A stretch of DNA of 64,000 nt from assembly GCF_009914755.1 (NCBI RefSeq), contig NC_060937.1. The stretch is one strand, 5' to 3'. The notes below the pieces were generated by a model that was not told where the DNA came from, did not search any database, and was given only the letters and a program-made list of their open reading frames with translations. Position numbers and translations under genes: made by a program. Positions 41,111-55,139 of the stretch are shown here, one piece after another (the stretch's first letter is position 1; every line of letters begins with the position of its first letter). Origin of the DNA: the human T2T-CHM13v2.0 reference genome, Homo sapiens.

Positions 41111-42702
41111 ATGTTTTATTTTACTTTAAGTTCTGGGATGCAGGTGCAGAATGAGCAGGTTTTTTACATAGGTATATGTGTGCCATCTCCATGGCACCTA
41201 TTGACCCATCCTCTTAAGTTCCCTCCCCTTGTCCGCCCACACCCAAACAGGCCCTGGTGTGTGTTGTTCTCCTCCCTGTGTCCAAGTGTTCTCATTGTTC
41301 AACTCCCTCGTATCAGTGAGAACATGTGGTGTTTGATTTTCTGTTCTTGTATTAGTTTGCTAAGGATGATGTCTTCCAGATTCATCCATGTCCCTGCAAA
41401 GGACATGATCCCATCCCTTTTTATGGCTGCATACTATTCTATGGTGTATATATACCACATTTTCTTTATCCAGTCTATCATTGAAGGAGGGTTTTTTATG
41501 TCTCTGTCTCCTTCAGTTCTTCTCTGATCTTAGTTATTTCTTGACTTCTGATAGCTTTTGGATTAGTTTGTTCTTGCCTCTCTAGATTAGAGGTCTGTCC
41601 TTGAGACTCTGGCTGGAGTTATTGGATTTATGGTAGCAAAGCCCTGCCCAATGAGGAAGGATGGGTCAGAGTCAGGCTTGAAGAGGCACTCTGGCCGCAG
41701 ATTACCAAACCCGATGTGTTGGGCTGTGGGGACAAGTCTTGGGAGCAAGACATCCAGTCTCCCTGGCTCCAACATGTACCACATTTTCTTTATCCAGTCT
41801 ATCATTGATGGGCACTTGGGTTGGTTCCATGACTTTACTATTGTAAATAGTGCTGCAATAAACATATGTGTGCATGTGTCTTTATAGTAGAATAATTTCT
41901 ATTTCTTTGGGTATATACCCAGTAATGGAATTGCTGGGTCAAATGGTATTTCTGGTTCTGGATCCTTGAAGAATCACAATACTGTCTTCCACAATGGTTG
42001 AACTAATTTACATTCCCACCAACAGTGTTAAAAGCATTCCTATTTCTCCACAGCCTCATCAGCATCTATTGTTTTCTGACTTCTTAATAATCACCATTCG
42101 GACTGGCATGAGATGGTATTCCATTGTGGTTTTGATTTGCATTTATCTAATGATCAGTGATGTTGAGCTTTTTTCATATGTTTGTTGGCCATGTAAATGT
42201 CTTCTTTGGAAAAGTGTCTTTTCATATCCTTTGACCACTTTTGGATGGAGTTGTTTTTCTTTTCCTTGTAAATTTGTATAAATTCCTTCTAAATTCTGGC
42301 TTTTGTCAGATTATTAGATTGCAAAAATTTTCTCCCATTCTGTAGGTTGCCTGCTCACTCTGATGAGTTTCTTTTGCTGTGCAGAAGCTCTTTAGTTTAA
42401 TTAGACCCCGTTTGTCAATTTTGGCTTCTGTTACAATTGCTTTTGGCATTTTCATTATGAAGTCTTTGTCCATGCCTATGTCCTGAATGGTATTCCCTAG
42501 GTTTTCTTCTAGGGTTTTTATGACTTTGGGTTTTACATTTATGTCTTTAATTTATCTTGATTTAATTTTTGTATCAGATATAAGGAAGGGGTCCATATTT
42601 TATTTTCTGCATATGGCTAGCCAGTTTTCCCAGCAATATTTATTGAATAGGAGATACTTTCCCCATTGCTTATTTTTGTCAGATTTGTCAAAGGTCAGAT
42701 GG
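41111..42702 (-). mobile_element. L1PA (about L1PA11-13 age) 3' segment: tail, 3'UTR and ORF2 C-terminus
   Basis: ttttattttactttaagttctggga tail end; ORF 41587-41865 begins MFIAALFTIVKSWNQPKCPSMIDWIKKMWY; left TSD TGATCACTGTTCTTTC 41095-41110. Confidence 0.95.
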
Positions 42703-44712
42703 AGGAAATTGAACAACCTGCTCCTGAATGACTCCTGGGTAAATAGTGAAATTATGGCAGAAATCAAGAAGCTTTTTGAAACCAATGAGAACAAAGAGAC
42801 AATGTACCAGAATCTCTGGTACACACCTAAAGCAGTGTTAAGAAGAAATTTATAGCACTAAATGCCCATATCGGAGATCTAGAAAGATTGCAAATAGACA
42901 CCCTAACATCACAATTAAAAGAGCTAGAGAGGCAAGAGCAAACTAATCCGAAAGCTAGCAGAAGACAAGAAATAACAAAGATCAGAGATGAATTGAAGGA
43001 GAGAGACATAAAAAACCCTCCGAAAAATCAATGAATCCAGGAGCTGTTTTTTTTTTTTGAAAAAAAAAAAAAAATAACAAAATAGACTGCTAGCTAGACT
43101 AATAAAGAAGAAAAGAGAGAAAAATCAAACAGACACAATAAAAAATGATAAAGGGAACATCACCACTGACCCCACAGAAATACAAACTACCATCAGAGAA
43201 TACTGTAAACATCTCAATGCACATAAACTAGAAAATCTGGAAGAAATTTCTAAATTCCAGGACACGTACATCCTCCCAAGACTAAATCAGGAAGAGTCAA
43301 ATCACTAAATAGACCAATAAAAAGTTTTGAAATTGAGGCAGTAATTAGCAGCCTACCAACCAAAAAAAAAAAGCTCAGGACCAGATTGATTCACAGCTGA
43401 ATTCTACCAGAGGTACAAAGAAGAGCTGGTACCATTTCTTCTGAAATTATTCCAAATAATTGAAAAGGAGGGGCTCCTCCCTAACTCATTTTATGAAGGC
43501 AGCATCATCCTGATACCAAAACCTGGCAAAGACACAGCAGAAAATGGAAACTTCAGGCCTGTATCCCTGACGAACATCGATGTGAAAATCCTCAATAAAA
43601 TACTAGCAAACCAAATTCAGCAGCACATCAAAATCTTATCCAACAGGATCAAGTCAGCTTCATCCCTGGGATGCAAGGCTGGTTCAACATACACAAATCA
43701 ATAAACATAATCCATCACATAAACAGAACAAATGACAAAAACCACATGATTACCTCAATAGATGCAGAAAAGTCCTTTGATAAAATTCAACATCCCTTAA
43801 TATTAAAAACTCAATAAAATAGGTACTGATGGAACATATCTCAAAATAATAAAAGCTATTTATTTCAAACCCACAGCCAATATCATATTGAATGGGCAAA
43901 AGCTGGAAGTATTCCCTTCGAAAACTGGTACAAGACAAGGATACCCTCTCTCAGCACTCCTATTCAACATAGTATTGTATTGGAAGTTATGGCCAACCAG
44001 TCAGGCAAGAGAAAGAAATAAAGCTTTTCCAGATAAAAAGAGAAGAAATCAAATTTTCTCTGTCTGCAGATGACATGATTTTATATTTAGAAAACCCCAT
44101 AGTCTCAGCCCAAAATCTCCTTAAGCTGATAAGCAACTTCAGCAAAGTCTCAGGTTACAAAGTCAATGTGCAAAAATCACAAGAATTTCTTGACACCAAC
44201 AATAGACAAGCAGAGAGCCAAATCGTAATGAACTTCCATTCATAATTGCTACAAAGAGAATAAAATACCTAGGAATACAGTCATCAAGGGACATCAAGGA
44301 CCTCTTCAAGGAGAACTACAAATCACTGCTCAAGGAAATAAAAGAGGACACAAACAAATGGAAAAACATTCCATACTCATGGATAGGAAGAATCAATATC
44401 CTGAAAATGGCCATACTGCCCAAAGTAATTTATAGATTCAATGCTATTCCCATCAAACTACCATTGACACTCTTCTTAGAATTAGAAAAAAAACTACTTT
44501 AAATTTCATATGGAATTAAAGAAGACCCCATATAGCCAAGACAATCCTAAGAAAAAAGAACAAAGCTGGAGGAATCATGCTACCTGACTTCAAATTATAC
44601 TACAGGGCTACAGTAACCAATATAGCATCGTACTGGTACCAAAACAGGCATATAGACCAATGAAACAGAAGAGAGCTTAGAAATAGCACCACACATCTAC
44701 AACCATCTGATC
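42703..44712 (+). mobile_element. Inverted 5' segment of the same L1: disrupted ORF2 (end of endonuclease domain through RT)
   Basis: [12 protein letters not shown]...[20 protein letters not shown] in ORF 42487-42855; GTRQGYPLS motif; SADDMI (FADD-like) at 44063-44080; stops and frameshifts; right TSD TGATCATTGTTCTTTC 44708-44723. Confidence 0.95.
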
Positions 44713-47342
44713 ATTGTTCTTTCTTTGGAAGTTGTTCTTTCCCTGGGTTACGACCTTACAAATGTGTAGATGGGTGTTTAGTCACAGACTAAAAACTCTT
44801 ACTGTAATTTCTTTCTAGTATAAATTCCTTCTCTCATATAATGTGCCCTAGAACTTCTGGCCACTTTGACATCTCACACTTCAAAATTTGTCTCAACTGG
44901 GCAAGATTTCTGCACTCTGTTTGGGGACTCATCGCTGAGTCACAATCTTGGAATTGCCGAAACTCTAGGAAATGATATTTCTCATCTCATTTGTTCTTGT
45001 TTTCTCAGTAACCGTAGTAGTTTTTTACAAATATTTTGTTATTTTTTGTTTTTCATTGCTTATGATAGAAATGTAAGTTCACATATTTTACTCACTCCTG
45101 GCCAAAAGAGTAAGGAGCTTCAAAAATGTGGTTGTAAAATGAATGAGAAAGATATAGTAAAATCCTTCAAGAGATGAAGTATTTAGAATGAAACTTTATT
45201 CCATTATGGGAGAAACAATATTAGTTTAAAGAGAGATTTATTGTTACTTTTTCCAGAAAGCAACTGCTGATGATACATTAATGAGAAGTGACTATTATTG
45301 AAGCAGTGTTACCTAGTGCCCCGTATAGAGTTCTCTGTCGTTTCTACACGTTTTTTTTTTTTAACTTAGCATTAGGCAAAAATACCACAGAAACCAGAGC
45401 AAATTTAACTTAGCACAATGTTTGTTAATTTCTATTGAATTTCTCTAGCTCTAAAAGTTTGCTTTTACCTAATTTAGAAAAGTCCATTAAGATATTTTTA
45501 ACATTAGTAATTATTTATAAAATATAGTATAAAAACTCATAATTTTGAATATAATCTAAACAATAAATTTGTTGTATATAATAACTTTTGAATTTGAATT
45601 ATTTTTAAAAACTTTATAATAAAATTTCTCTTTCCCTACATCCTTTATGAAAAGGTAGCTCATTAATTTTTATGAAGATTATTAGAAAATCAATATGTTT
45701 TCAAGTTGATTAATACCTATTATGGATAATAAGGCTCATATTGGTGATAAATGAATTGCTTCCTAACATCAGGTATTTTGAAGACATATTTATACAATAT
45801 ATGTATGATAGCATATTGAATTAAATTTTTCAAATTATTATTTATATATTTATTTTGCTTTAGCTATGTAGATTTGATTTGAATACAACCCCAGCTATAA
45901 ACAATTACATGATTGTTTCTCTTCTTCCTGTGAGATTATCTGACTGAAATGCAGATAATTGAATGAAAATCTGTTAATAAAACAAAGATATCTGAAGGGT
46001 AATTATGATGAAATATAGATTATAATATTTACCAGACAAAATATAACAGTGGTGATTTAAAAAGTCATCAAGGTCTATTTCTTACAAAAAGGATTTTATC
46101 GAAGTTTAATCTTTGCTTCTACTATAAAATTGACTAACTTTTCCTGATCTGTATTTATAAACAGTATGCTAAGAAATTAATGTACTGTGTGAACCACATG
46201 TCATAGGTTCTATATATTTTAAATAGCTTCACTTAAAATTTCTTCTGCCTTTCTTTTTTTATGTTAAGAAGTTGTGCAATAAAGTCATTAATGATTGCAA
46301 ATGTAATACAGATTTATTGGACCTATATATGTGTGTTTATGAATAAGATAGACATTTTTTGAAACATATTCGAGAATATATATTCAATAAAAAGAATAAT
46401 TTTTCATATATGATTTACATGTTTCATATAAATTACGTAAATATATACACACAAATATAATCACACATTTGTATTTTATGTTTTTAATACAACAGACTCT
46501 CAGTTTATTGCAGAAAGTGTCAGAGAACTCTAAAATCACTCAAAATATTATCATATTTAATTGCAATTTTGAAATTTAGTCCTTTAACAATTTCAAGGCA
46601 AAGAGAAACCAGAGGGAAAAAGTATAATTTAAACATTTTTAAGTATTGCATTTTTTTAAAATTCTAGGATACTGATATAAGAGAAGTACAGAGAACTGGG
46701 TTCTAAGTCTTTCTCACATGTATTCTATGATTTTCTTTTTCAGAGGCTTTCAGTAGAGCCTCTTTTTCTACCTCACATCTTTGCTGTGCTATTTAAAAAT
46801 CATCCCAGAGTTTAGTTAAGCATAATTTATCCTATATAATTCATAAAGTAACTTTCACATTTGAGTCCTATTCACAAATATTTTTCAAAATAAATGTATG
46901 AAAAAATATAAAGGAATCTAAATATAATTTGAAAACTAAACATATAAAAGAATAATTAAATTTGAACTCCTGAAACAAAATGTGGAGTATTCTGATGAAT
47001 TAAATCCTTTCCAAGCCCTGCAACTCCCAAATTCAAAAGAGAAGAAAAACTAAAGGCTTGCAAAATGTGAACATATAGATTCACCCAACTAGTGAGTATG
47101 TAAACGGATGCAGCTTTTTCTTTTACAATTTTGGAAATTTGTTGGTTTCCTTTGATAAAGAACTAATATTTTAATGCTTGGTGCAACTGTATTCTCCCTG
47201 TGATTCCTAATCTTTTGAAAAAGGATAATATGAGTGTGAGGAATTAGCCCATACTCTAGTCTAAACTGTCACTGAGAGAAATGAAACCATTGCTAGTTTG
47301 AATCTGTAAAACATGGAAGTTCTGATTAGAAAAATAAGTTAA

Positions 47343-47665
<323 letters not shown>

Positions 47666-48019
47666 GGTGCACCATGAATTTTTAAGTGGTATTAAACATT
47701 TACACATTCAAGATAAAAAAATGCAAATGTCAATACATAGATTTACATTTTGTGGAAGCACAATACTAGCATTTTTCAGAAATGACAAAACCAGCTTTGA
47801 ATATTCCTATCATATGTTCTAAATTAGTACTTTTAAAACGGCCTGCATATATTCATCAGTAAGAAAAGTAGTATTTAAATATTCTCTACAATTACAGTAT
47901 TAATGATATCTGAAAAATAGAAAATATCAAAGAATGAATACTTTAAAAATAATCAATCTGCAACAAAATATCTATTTGTTTAAATGTCAATGAGTACAGT
48001 TTACATTTAATAATTTAAC

Positions 48020-48290
48020 TTAAAACACCAGTTGGGCATTTACTATGTATTGCAGACTAGAACAGATACAAAGATAAATAGAAATAAACCTTCTGTAGAA
48101 GTTCTCAGTACAATGGAGAAGATACACACCAATAAGTTACCACTTATGTAAACTTGTACAGATTATTAAATTCCCTGAACTTCACTGTCTTCATCTTTAG
48201 AATAGTAAAAATAGTATTCTTTCTAATAGCATTTTGAGCATTAGGTATAATTCATTTAAAGCAACATGCACGCCTGTCATATTAATGTGT
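48020..48290. mobile_element. L2 3' end (minus) followed by MIR (plus) relics
   Basis: gggcatttactatgt...agatacaaagataaatag (L2); attattaaattccctgaacttcactgtcttcatctttagaatag (MIR core). Confidence 0.55.
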
Positions 48291-48833
48291 CAAGGTTTTA
48301 TACAAAAGTACCTGTGTTTATCTGCCTAAATCACTCCTCTGTCACTCTAAAGTTGATTGTTTTTGTGCAGTTTGGGCACTTCACAAAGACACCAGCTAAA
48401 TGTTACTCATTCTTTGCTCACTAAATCTTGTATTGCAACATAGTGCTATGTTTAGTCCAGGGAAAAAGCACTTTTTTTTTTTTGGCACAATCAGTTCACC
48501 AAGTAAAATATGTGAGGGTCTAAAATGGTAGCAGATCTAAGTGTCCTTGTGGTCGTGCTAGCACCTCTGTCTCTGTTCATTAGAGCAGAAATATTGACTT
48601 AAGGCAGCCATCATCTAAGGGCAGTCTAGATACATGCTTGACAATCCAGTTTTTCTTTTTTTAGTCTCCCAAACACTAAGCAAGATTGGTAGTAGGAGGT
48701 CAGGAAGAAAGAGTCAAAGGGTAAATTTTGATGGGAGTAAAATGAATGGAGTATTGAGGTCTTAAAGAAAGGATTTTAAAAAGATCTTCAGTCTGGAAGG
48801 ATTAGAAACGGCTGAGGACCGGGAACAGGTTGC

Positions 48834-49339
48834 TGATGGAGTGCAATAAATGCTGCCCCAAAATATGGCAAGTTGGAAATGGAGAAAATAGCAGAAACAG
48901 GAAGACCACTCTCACTTGCTTCTTAGTCGTCTCCCCTGAAGAAGGCTGTAAAACTTAGGAAAGTAACTCTCTGTCTTCTCCGTCACTCATGAAGACCCTC
49001 ATGTACAGGGGTCCTTTCTACATTGGGAGGAAAGGAATGAAGATATAGAGAAGCAAGGAAGAATCTGAACAATCCTTCCTGAGTTCTCCCCACTTTATTG
49101 CAGTTAGTCCGTGTGCACTTTTGTCCAAGCATCCTTCCATGACACTGTCCACTTTTCATCAAACATAAGCATAATAATACACAGTCTTCCCTGTTTTTTC
49201 ATTTCTGAAGTCTCCTGTGAAACTTATTTTAAATGAATTTATATGCTTTTCTCTGGTCAATCAGTCCTTTGTTTTTGGGGTCTCTGTCATGAAATTTGCC
49301 ACAAGTGAGAAAAGAATATATTACTTTTTCTCCCTACCA
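48834..49339 (+). mobile_element. MER34-family ERV1 solo LTR
   Basis: TGATGGAGT...gccccaaaatatggca start; aagaatctgaaca; aaatgaatttatatgcttttctct; ends tttctccctacCA; flanks ttgc/ctgc. Confidence 0.85.
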
Positions 49340-51309
49340 CTGCCATGAATAAGAATCTTATCTTCCATTACAATCTTGAGATCCTTTTCAATATTCTCTA
49401 AAAAGAAGGTGGTAAATGTGTAAGAAAAGAAAAATGTGTCTCCTGAACATGGAAGACCTAATCAATTTCCTCTGAAACAGAGAAATGGAAAACTAAACAG
49501 TATTTTTCTAACATGCAAAAGCAATTTCTCTCCATTATTCTCTAAAAAATAAAACGTATATTTCTTCTTCCAATTTTTGAAAACTGCCATTCCATTCAGT
49601 TTAGTAATGATTATTATGTTTTAAAAATATTAAAATCTTTTTCTTGCCTTAGCATTCATGACACAAAAGTATAAAAGAAGTTTTGATTAAATGCATTTTG
49701 CTTTGTGTTAATAAGTTTAATGGATAACTCTGACCTTTAAAATATAATATACATCCATGAATCAGCTAAATAATAGGTTTTCTGGCAAGCATAACTGCTA
49801 CTTCTGTTTATAAAGCAGACACAGCTACATGCATGCCTTTGATGGCTAGTGAAATACTTCAAACATTTTCTTATTCTATTAAAACTTTTTTTATTCTATT
49901 AAAACATCAGGCTTTATTTACTTGAGGAGGTCACAAGAACAAGTTTCTCACATATGCATGTTAATTGTAAAGTATAAAAATAAATTAAAAATATTTTTTC
50001 TAGCTGCTTGGTATAAATTGTTGCTATCTTTACTGTGTTTGCTTTTGAAGAGATGGTTGCAAACGATACCACCCTTGTTCAATTAAGTGTTCATATCTCT
50101 CCCAGAAATTTAAATTGGTTAAAAAACTTTAATGAACAAGTTGTAGTTTGGCCTTTCTGTGGAAAATGAATAGAAGGTATTATTTTTGAGATTCATTAAG
50201 CAAATGCACCTTTTATATAAAATCTAGCTTTTAATTTTCTAAAAATGTTTATGTAAATTGACTAAATGCAAATGAACAAATTATGTTGATGGCTTAACTA
50301 GTATAATTTTATGTACCAATTTTCCAAATAAAGATTTCCAATTAAAAAAAATCTTGAATGTACACATATAACGTCTACCACTTTTTCCTAGATGTATGTA
50401 ATTACTATATACTGCAATGCTACAATTTTCATTTTATGCTATTAATCATGTATCATCCAAAAGTACAGAAAGATGATTCTGTATTGATAATTCATGACAA
50501 AATTAGAACTAAAGAATTCATCTGAGTGTTTGTGTATGATGGGTTTTCCTCAGTTTATTTTCTTTGTTTATCTGGTGATTTGCTATGAATTGTGACTATA
50601 AAGCTCTAGCATTTTTAGAAAATCAAATTGGTAAATAGCATTTGAAAAAAGTCACTGTTTTTTAAATTTAAATGGAATAAATATAAAATATGTAAAAATT
50701 ATTAAAAATAAATTTTACAGGAAGGACACAATGACTGCGTAAGATCTGAATCAACAATGTGAGAAATAGGCAATGACCTCATGTATCTAGTTTTACATTC
50801 TCCAAAGAAGGAATTAGTTACTAGCACCTGGCCTACAAGCTAGCTGTTTGACTTTGCTGTGAAACCAGATGTATAAAAACCTAGCCCTGGTCTAATCAGT
50901 TATCTCTAACATTATTGTCAAGCTCCATTTGAAGGAAAGCACCCTAGCTGGGCATCAGCCAGGAATTCACTGAAGAGAGTATTAATGAGACTGACAGAAG
51001 TAGGCAGTTATTTCTCCAGAGGGTGAAGTGTTACAAACTAGTGACCATGAAGAAGTTAAAGAAAAAGACAAATGGGACTGTTCTTTTTCTGGCTGAAAGC
51101 ATATCTTACTGAGAACAATTCCTTAAGAGAAGTCAGAGCTCTACTTTGATAAATACTGTCTAGGAAGGCCTCACTTTGATCTCTGCCTTATTTCAAGGGT
51201 AGACATCAAAACACATTTAATGAGCTTTATTCTCCATTTCAAGTGAAAAGGGATTAGGGAATTAGAAATTTTGAAGCCACATATTTTGATATCATTTTTC
51301 TAACTTTCA

Positions 51310-51445
51310 TTTCTACCTCATCGTTCACAGATGAAGATCTTGAGGCAGAAGTTACTTAACTTGCTCAAATAGCAACTAAATTTAGAGCCAGAGACAGGTT
51401 TGGAATTTATTCCTTCTAAGTTACAATCCAAAGCTCTCTCTCAAC
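51310..51445 (-). mobile_element. MIR relic
   Basis: cacagatgaagatcttgaggcagaagttacttaacttgctcaa...agagccagag (antisense MIR core). Confidence 0.7.
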
Positions 51446-52174
51446 TACTTTCTTTCAATAGGGTTCCTGTATCATCTATACTAACTATCCTGTCATACCG
51501 GCAGAGATATAGACTTTTGCAAGACTGATTAAATGTGAAGGGTTTCTTAACTTAAGTATGTTCATAATACTGAGAGTAATTTTAATAGCGAGATTTTATT
51601 AAATTCATGCTAGTAACAATACATGCCTTCTTTAAATTTGTCACATTCCCATTTCACAGATAAGTAAATTGGAAAATGGAAATTACACTTCTTCCTCAAT
51701 CTAGAGGCAATAATATTAATCATTGCATTCATTTTGATAATAAATGAAAATAAATCCAAAATCTTCATTCATTCGGAACTTTTAAAATATATTATCTACT
51801 CAACTCTAATAATTTCTTTATTAAAATTATTTGTCCTCTTTGTAGTAAGCACATTGTCAATAAATAATATTGTCTTTTTATATTTGAAAGTATGAATAAC
51901 TATTGGAAGGCAATGTTTTATCAGTATATTAACACATAAATATAAACTGAATTGTTAGAAATTGTTATATGTTATAACATTATTGTTATTCATCAAAATG
52001 AAATCAAAGAGCATATTAAAAATATGTGTTGATTCTAGATGCTACACACATATGGAACTAATTTTTGTAATATATAATCAACATAAAAATGTTATGCTAT
52101 AATCTTGAAGTGATTTTGGTTTATTTTTTATTTAAAGTTGATTATATATTAAATAACTTATGAAAAACATCATG

Positions 52175-52476
52175 ACAGTGTGATGGATTACACCTGTAAT
52201 CCCAGCCACTCAGTAGGCTGAAATGGGAGGATCTTGAGGCCAGGAGTTCAAGACCAGCTTGGACAATGTAATAAGACCTCATCTTTAAAAAAGTGAAAAA
52301 AAAAAAAATACCTGGGTGTGGCTGAGTATGCCTATAATTCCAACTGAGGCAGAATGATTACATGAGCCCTGGAATTTGAAGCTGCAGTGAGCTATGACCT
52401 GAAGTGAGCTATGATCATACCACTGAGTTACATCCTGGGCAACAAAGTGAGACCCTGACTTAAAAAAAAAAAAAAA
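52175..52476 (+). mobile_element. AluJ-type element with an internal 17-bp tandem duplication
   Basis: gaggccaggagttcaagaccagc...gctgcagtgagctatgacctgaagtgagctatgatc...A-tail 52461-52476. Confidence 0.93.
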
Positions 52477-53279
52477 GAGTAATAAGCTGCATTTATTGTA
52501 CTTTTGTTTTCCTTGATAAGCAAAGCAAAATTCTTGATAAGAATTTTCTGCAATACATTACTCTATATTAAAAAATATAAAATGTTTGAATAAACTAATT
52601 TTATTAATATTAATAATTTGCTAATTTAACCTAAAGATATTATCTTATATTTACAAGCAAATCTCTTCTTAACAAAAATATGAAGCCTATATAAGCATTC
52701 AGGTTACTTAGAAAATAGAGATGGATGATAAAAGAGTGAAATAATGGATTCTGATAATGAGAAGATGGAAAAATTTTGTAGAAAATTATTAAAATTAATT
52801 AAACATAGCTTTGAAAGAAAATTATATGGATCTGTGGTAATAACCTCAAACTGAATTTTTTTCTAGAATGGACACTTTAGGTCCTGGCTGAAAAGCCTTG
52901 ACTCTTATGTTCTCTTTAAGTTTCAATACAAGATATCTTGTACTTCCATTGTGAGAAAAAACTAATAAAAATTTACTGTAAAATTGTAGAGCAGCTTAAT
53001 TTTTTTAAAGGGTGAGAATTAAACAGTTTGGATTGTACTGACATTTTACCTTAAGAAAATGAATTCTATATGTTGGAAAATCTAAATTGTCACATTTAAA
53101 TTAGAGCAACCCTATTTTTATAGAATAATAAATTATTTGTAAGAAATCAGAATAACAGTACATAATTCATTTATGAATAAGTCGTTCTTTGCATTTTTTG
53201 TAGTGTTCATTCTACAAAGCTTAATTTTATCAGTTGCTTCAGAATCATCTAATTTCCAAAATGTTCAATTATAATTCAA

Positions 53280-53831
53280 TGCAAGTCTAGCTGCTCGCAC
53301 CTAAAATGGCAAAATACAAGTGAGGTGCAGTGAAAGGAAAGCAACTTTATTTAAATGCTAGCTGTTGGGAAATAGCCAAGCTCGTGTCTCCAAAAGGCTG
53401 TTTTAAATTGGGAGGCTGACTGAAGGGGTTTAAAAAGGGACACTTGGTATGGGAAATATGTGGGAGTGGCGCAGGTTGTAGGTCTTCGCATTTTTTGATG
53501 GCTATCTTGAATTATTGTCTACCCAGAGTTCCAGCTGGCATCACCTTGGCTGCAACTGGATTGTAGATTATCCACTTTGAGGTAATCTCTAGGTGGGGGA
53601 GAGTTCTGCAGCTGGGTCTCCATGTCTGGTTTACTTATAGATTATCCCCTGGTATACTAAACAAGCATATCATTAGATAAGCATGCATGATAGAAGGGAG
53701 TGTCTGGTAAGAAAGGGAAAGAAACAGATAATTTTAAGGTGCATTTCAAGGCTATGTTCTGAGTTTAGAGAAAAAAATTTTAAATGCATTTTAAAGCAAA
53801 AAAAACTTAAAAAATTTAAAATGCGTTTATA
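53280..53831 (-). mobile_element. ERV1-type solo LTR (family not determined)
   Basis: GC-richer ~550-bp block; minus-strand AATAAA (ctttattt ~53345) and TATA-like tttaaaaag ~53430; U5-like tgcaagtctagctgctcgc end. Confidence 0.6.
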
Positions 53832-54051
53832 CGCTCCAAAGTGATTTCTTATGCAACATTATTCATTTAAACCTTGTTGCACATCAACATTTTATGCATG
53901 GTATTTTCTATAAATATAAAGCGATAGGGCTGTAAGATAAGATAATTACATTTTACATGTGCTTGGGTACGTGTGACTTCTTAACATCTTTCACTTTTCA
54001 TATATATTGTTAAGGGCTGACTCATGACAATGGCACAGCTGTACAATATTT

Positions 54052-54272
54052 TGGTTGTTTATTTATTGAAACAGGGTCTTGCTCTTTTGCTCAGGCTGGA
54101 GTGCAGTGGTGTGATCATGGCTCATTGTGGCCTTGACCTTTCAGGCTCAACCAAATCTCCTGTCTCAGCCTTCTGAGTCACTGCGAATACAGGCATGCAC
54201 CACCACACCTAGTTAATTTTTTAAAATTTTTATTTATGTAGAGATGGGATCTCACTATGTTACCCAGACTTG
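54052..54272 (-). mobile_element. 5'-truncated AluJ-type element with TSD
   Basis: Right monomer plus end of left monomer; TSD TGTACAATATTT (54040-54051) / TGTAAAATATTT (54273-54284). Confidence 0.93.
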
Positions 54273-55139
54273 TGTAAAATATTTAATAGAGAAAATACCA
54301 TGGACATGTACTGAGATAGAAGTTTAAATACCAGAGTACCACTCTCTGTAGTTTCAAAGCAAGTGTATCTGTATGATATTCAAATAGTAATCATTGTACA
54401 CAGTATACTATGGCCCATTGAAGTAAAAGAAACTAGCAATCCTTAAAGAAAATTGGCAGAGTTGATAATTATGTTTGTGTCATATTTTTATTTATTCATA
54501 AATTAGTTGTTTAATCTGAATTTGATGATTCATGATGCCCAGATATGTGGGGCTGACATATAGTTGGATTAACCAATTGGTTAATTAATTCACTTAATCA
54601 ACCTATATCTCTTGAGCCAATTTTATTTGACAGACCAATTATATAATAGGTTTGTGCTTCTTTAACTGGGATCTTTTTATTGATCAATTAATTGAAATCT
54701 ATGAGTTCGCTGACGGAACCTCAGTGCTGTAGTTTGAATTTCAGTGGCCAGTTCTCTTGATCAGAAGCCACATTTAATAGAACAGAATTTGTGCAACATT
54801 TGGCACATATTCATGCACACAATATATAACTAAATCATACATAAAATGTTTTAGATTATTTTCTTATTTATTTATTTTTAAATTAACAAACATATAAGCC
54901 AAACTATAAAGCAATGTGTCAAAGAAAATGTAAAGCCACAGCGAAAATATGACCTAGCTTTTCAAAACAACAGTCAGCTTGAATATTTTAAGAAAGAACT
55001 TTTTATAATTTAATGTCAATTAATAATGTAAAATAAACAATAAAGTTTAAAGATCAGCATTTCTAAAATATAGACAATACTTAGCAATGGATGCTGAAAT
55101 GAGTGATGCATAATAACAAAGTTTGATGCATAATAACAT

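Noticed and set aside
42703-44712. Functional reverse transcriptase/endonuclease gene
   Set aside because: L1 ORF2 relic with many stops and frameshifts, truncated and inverted
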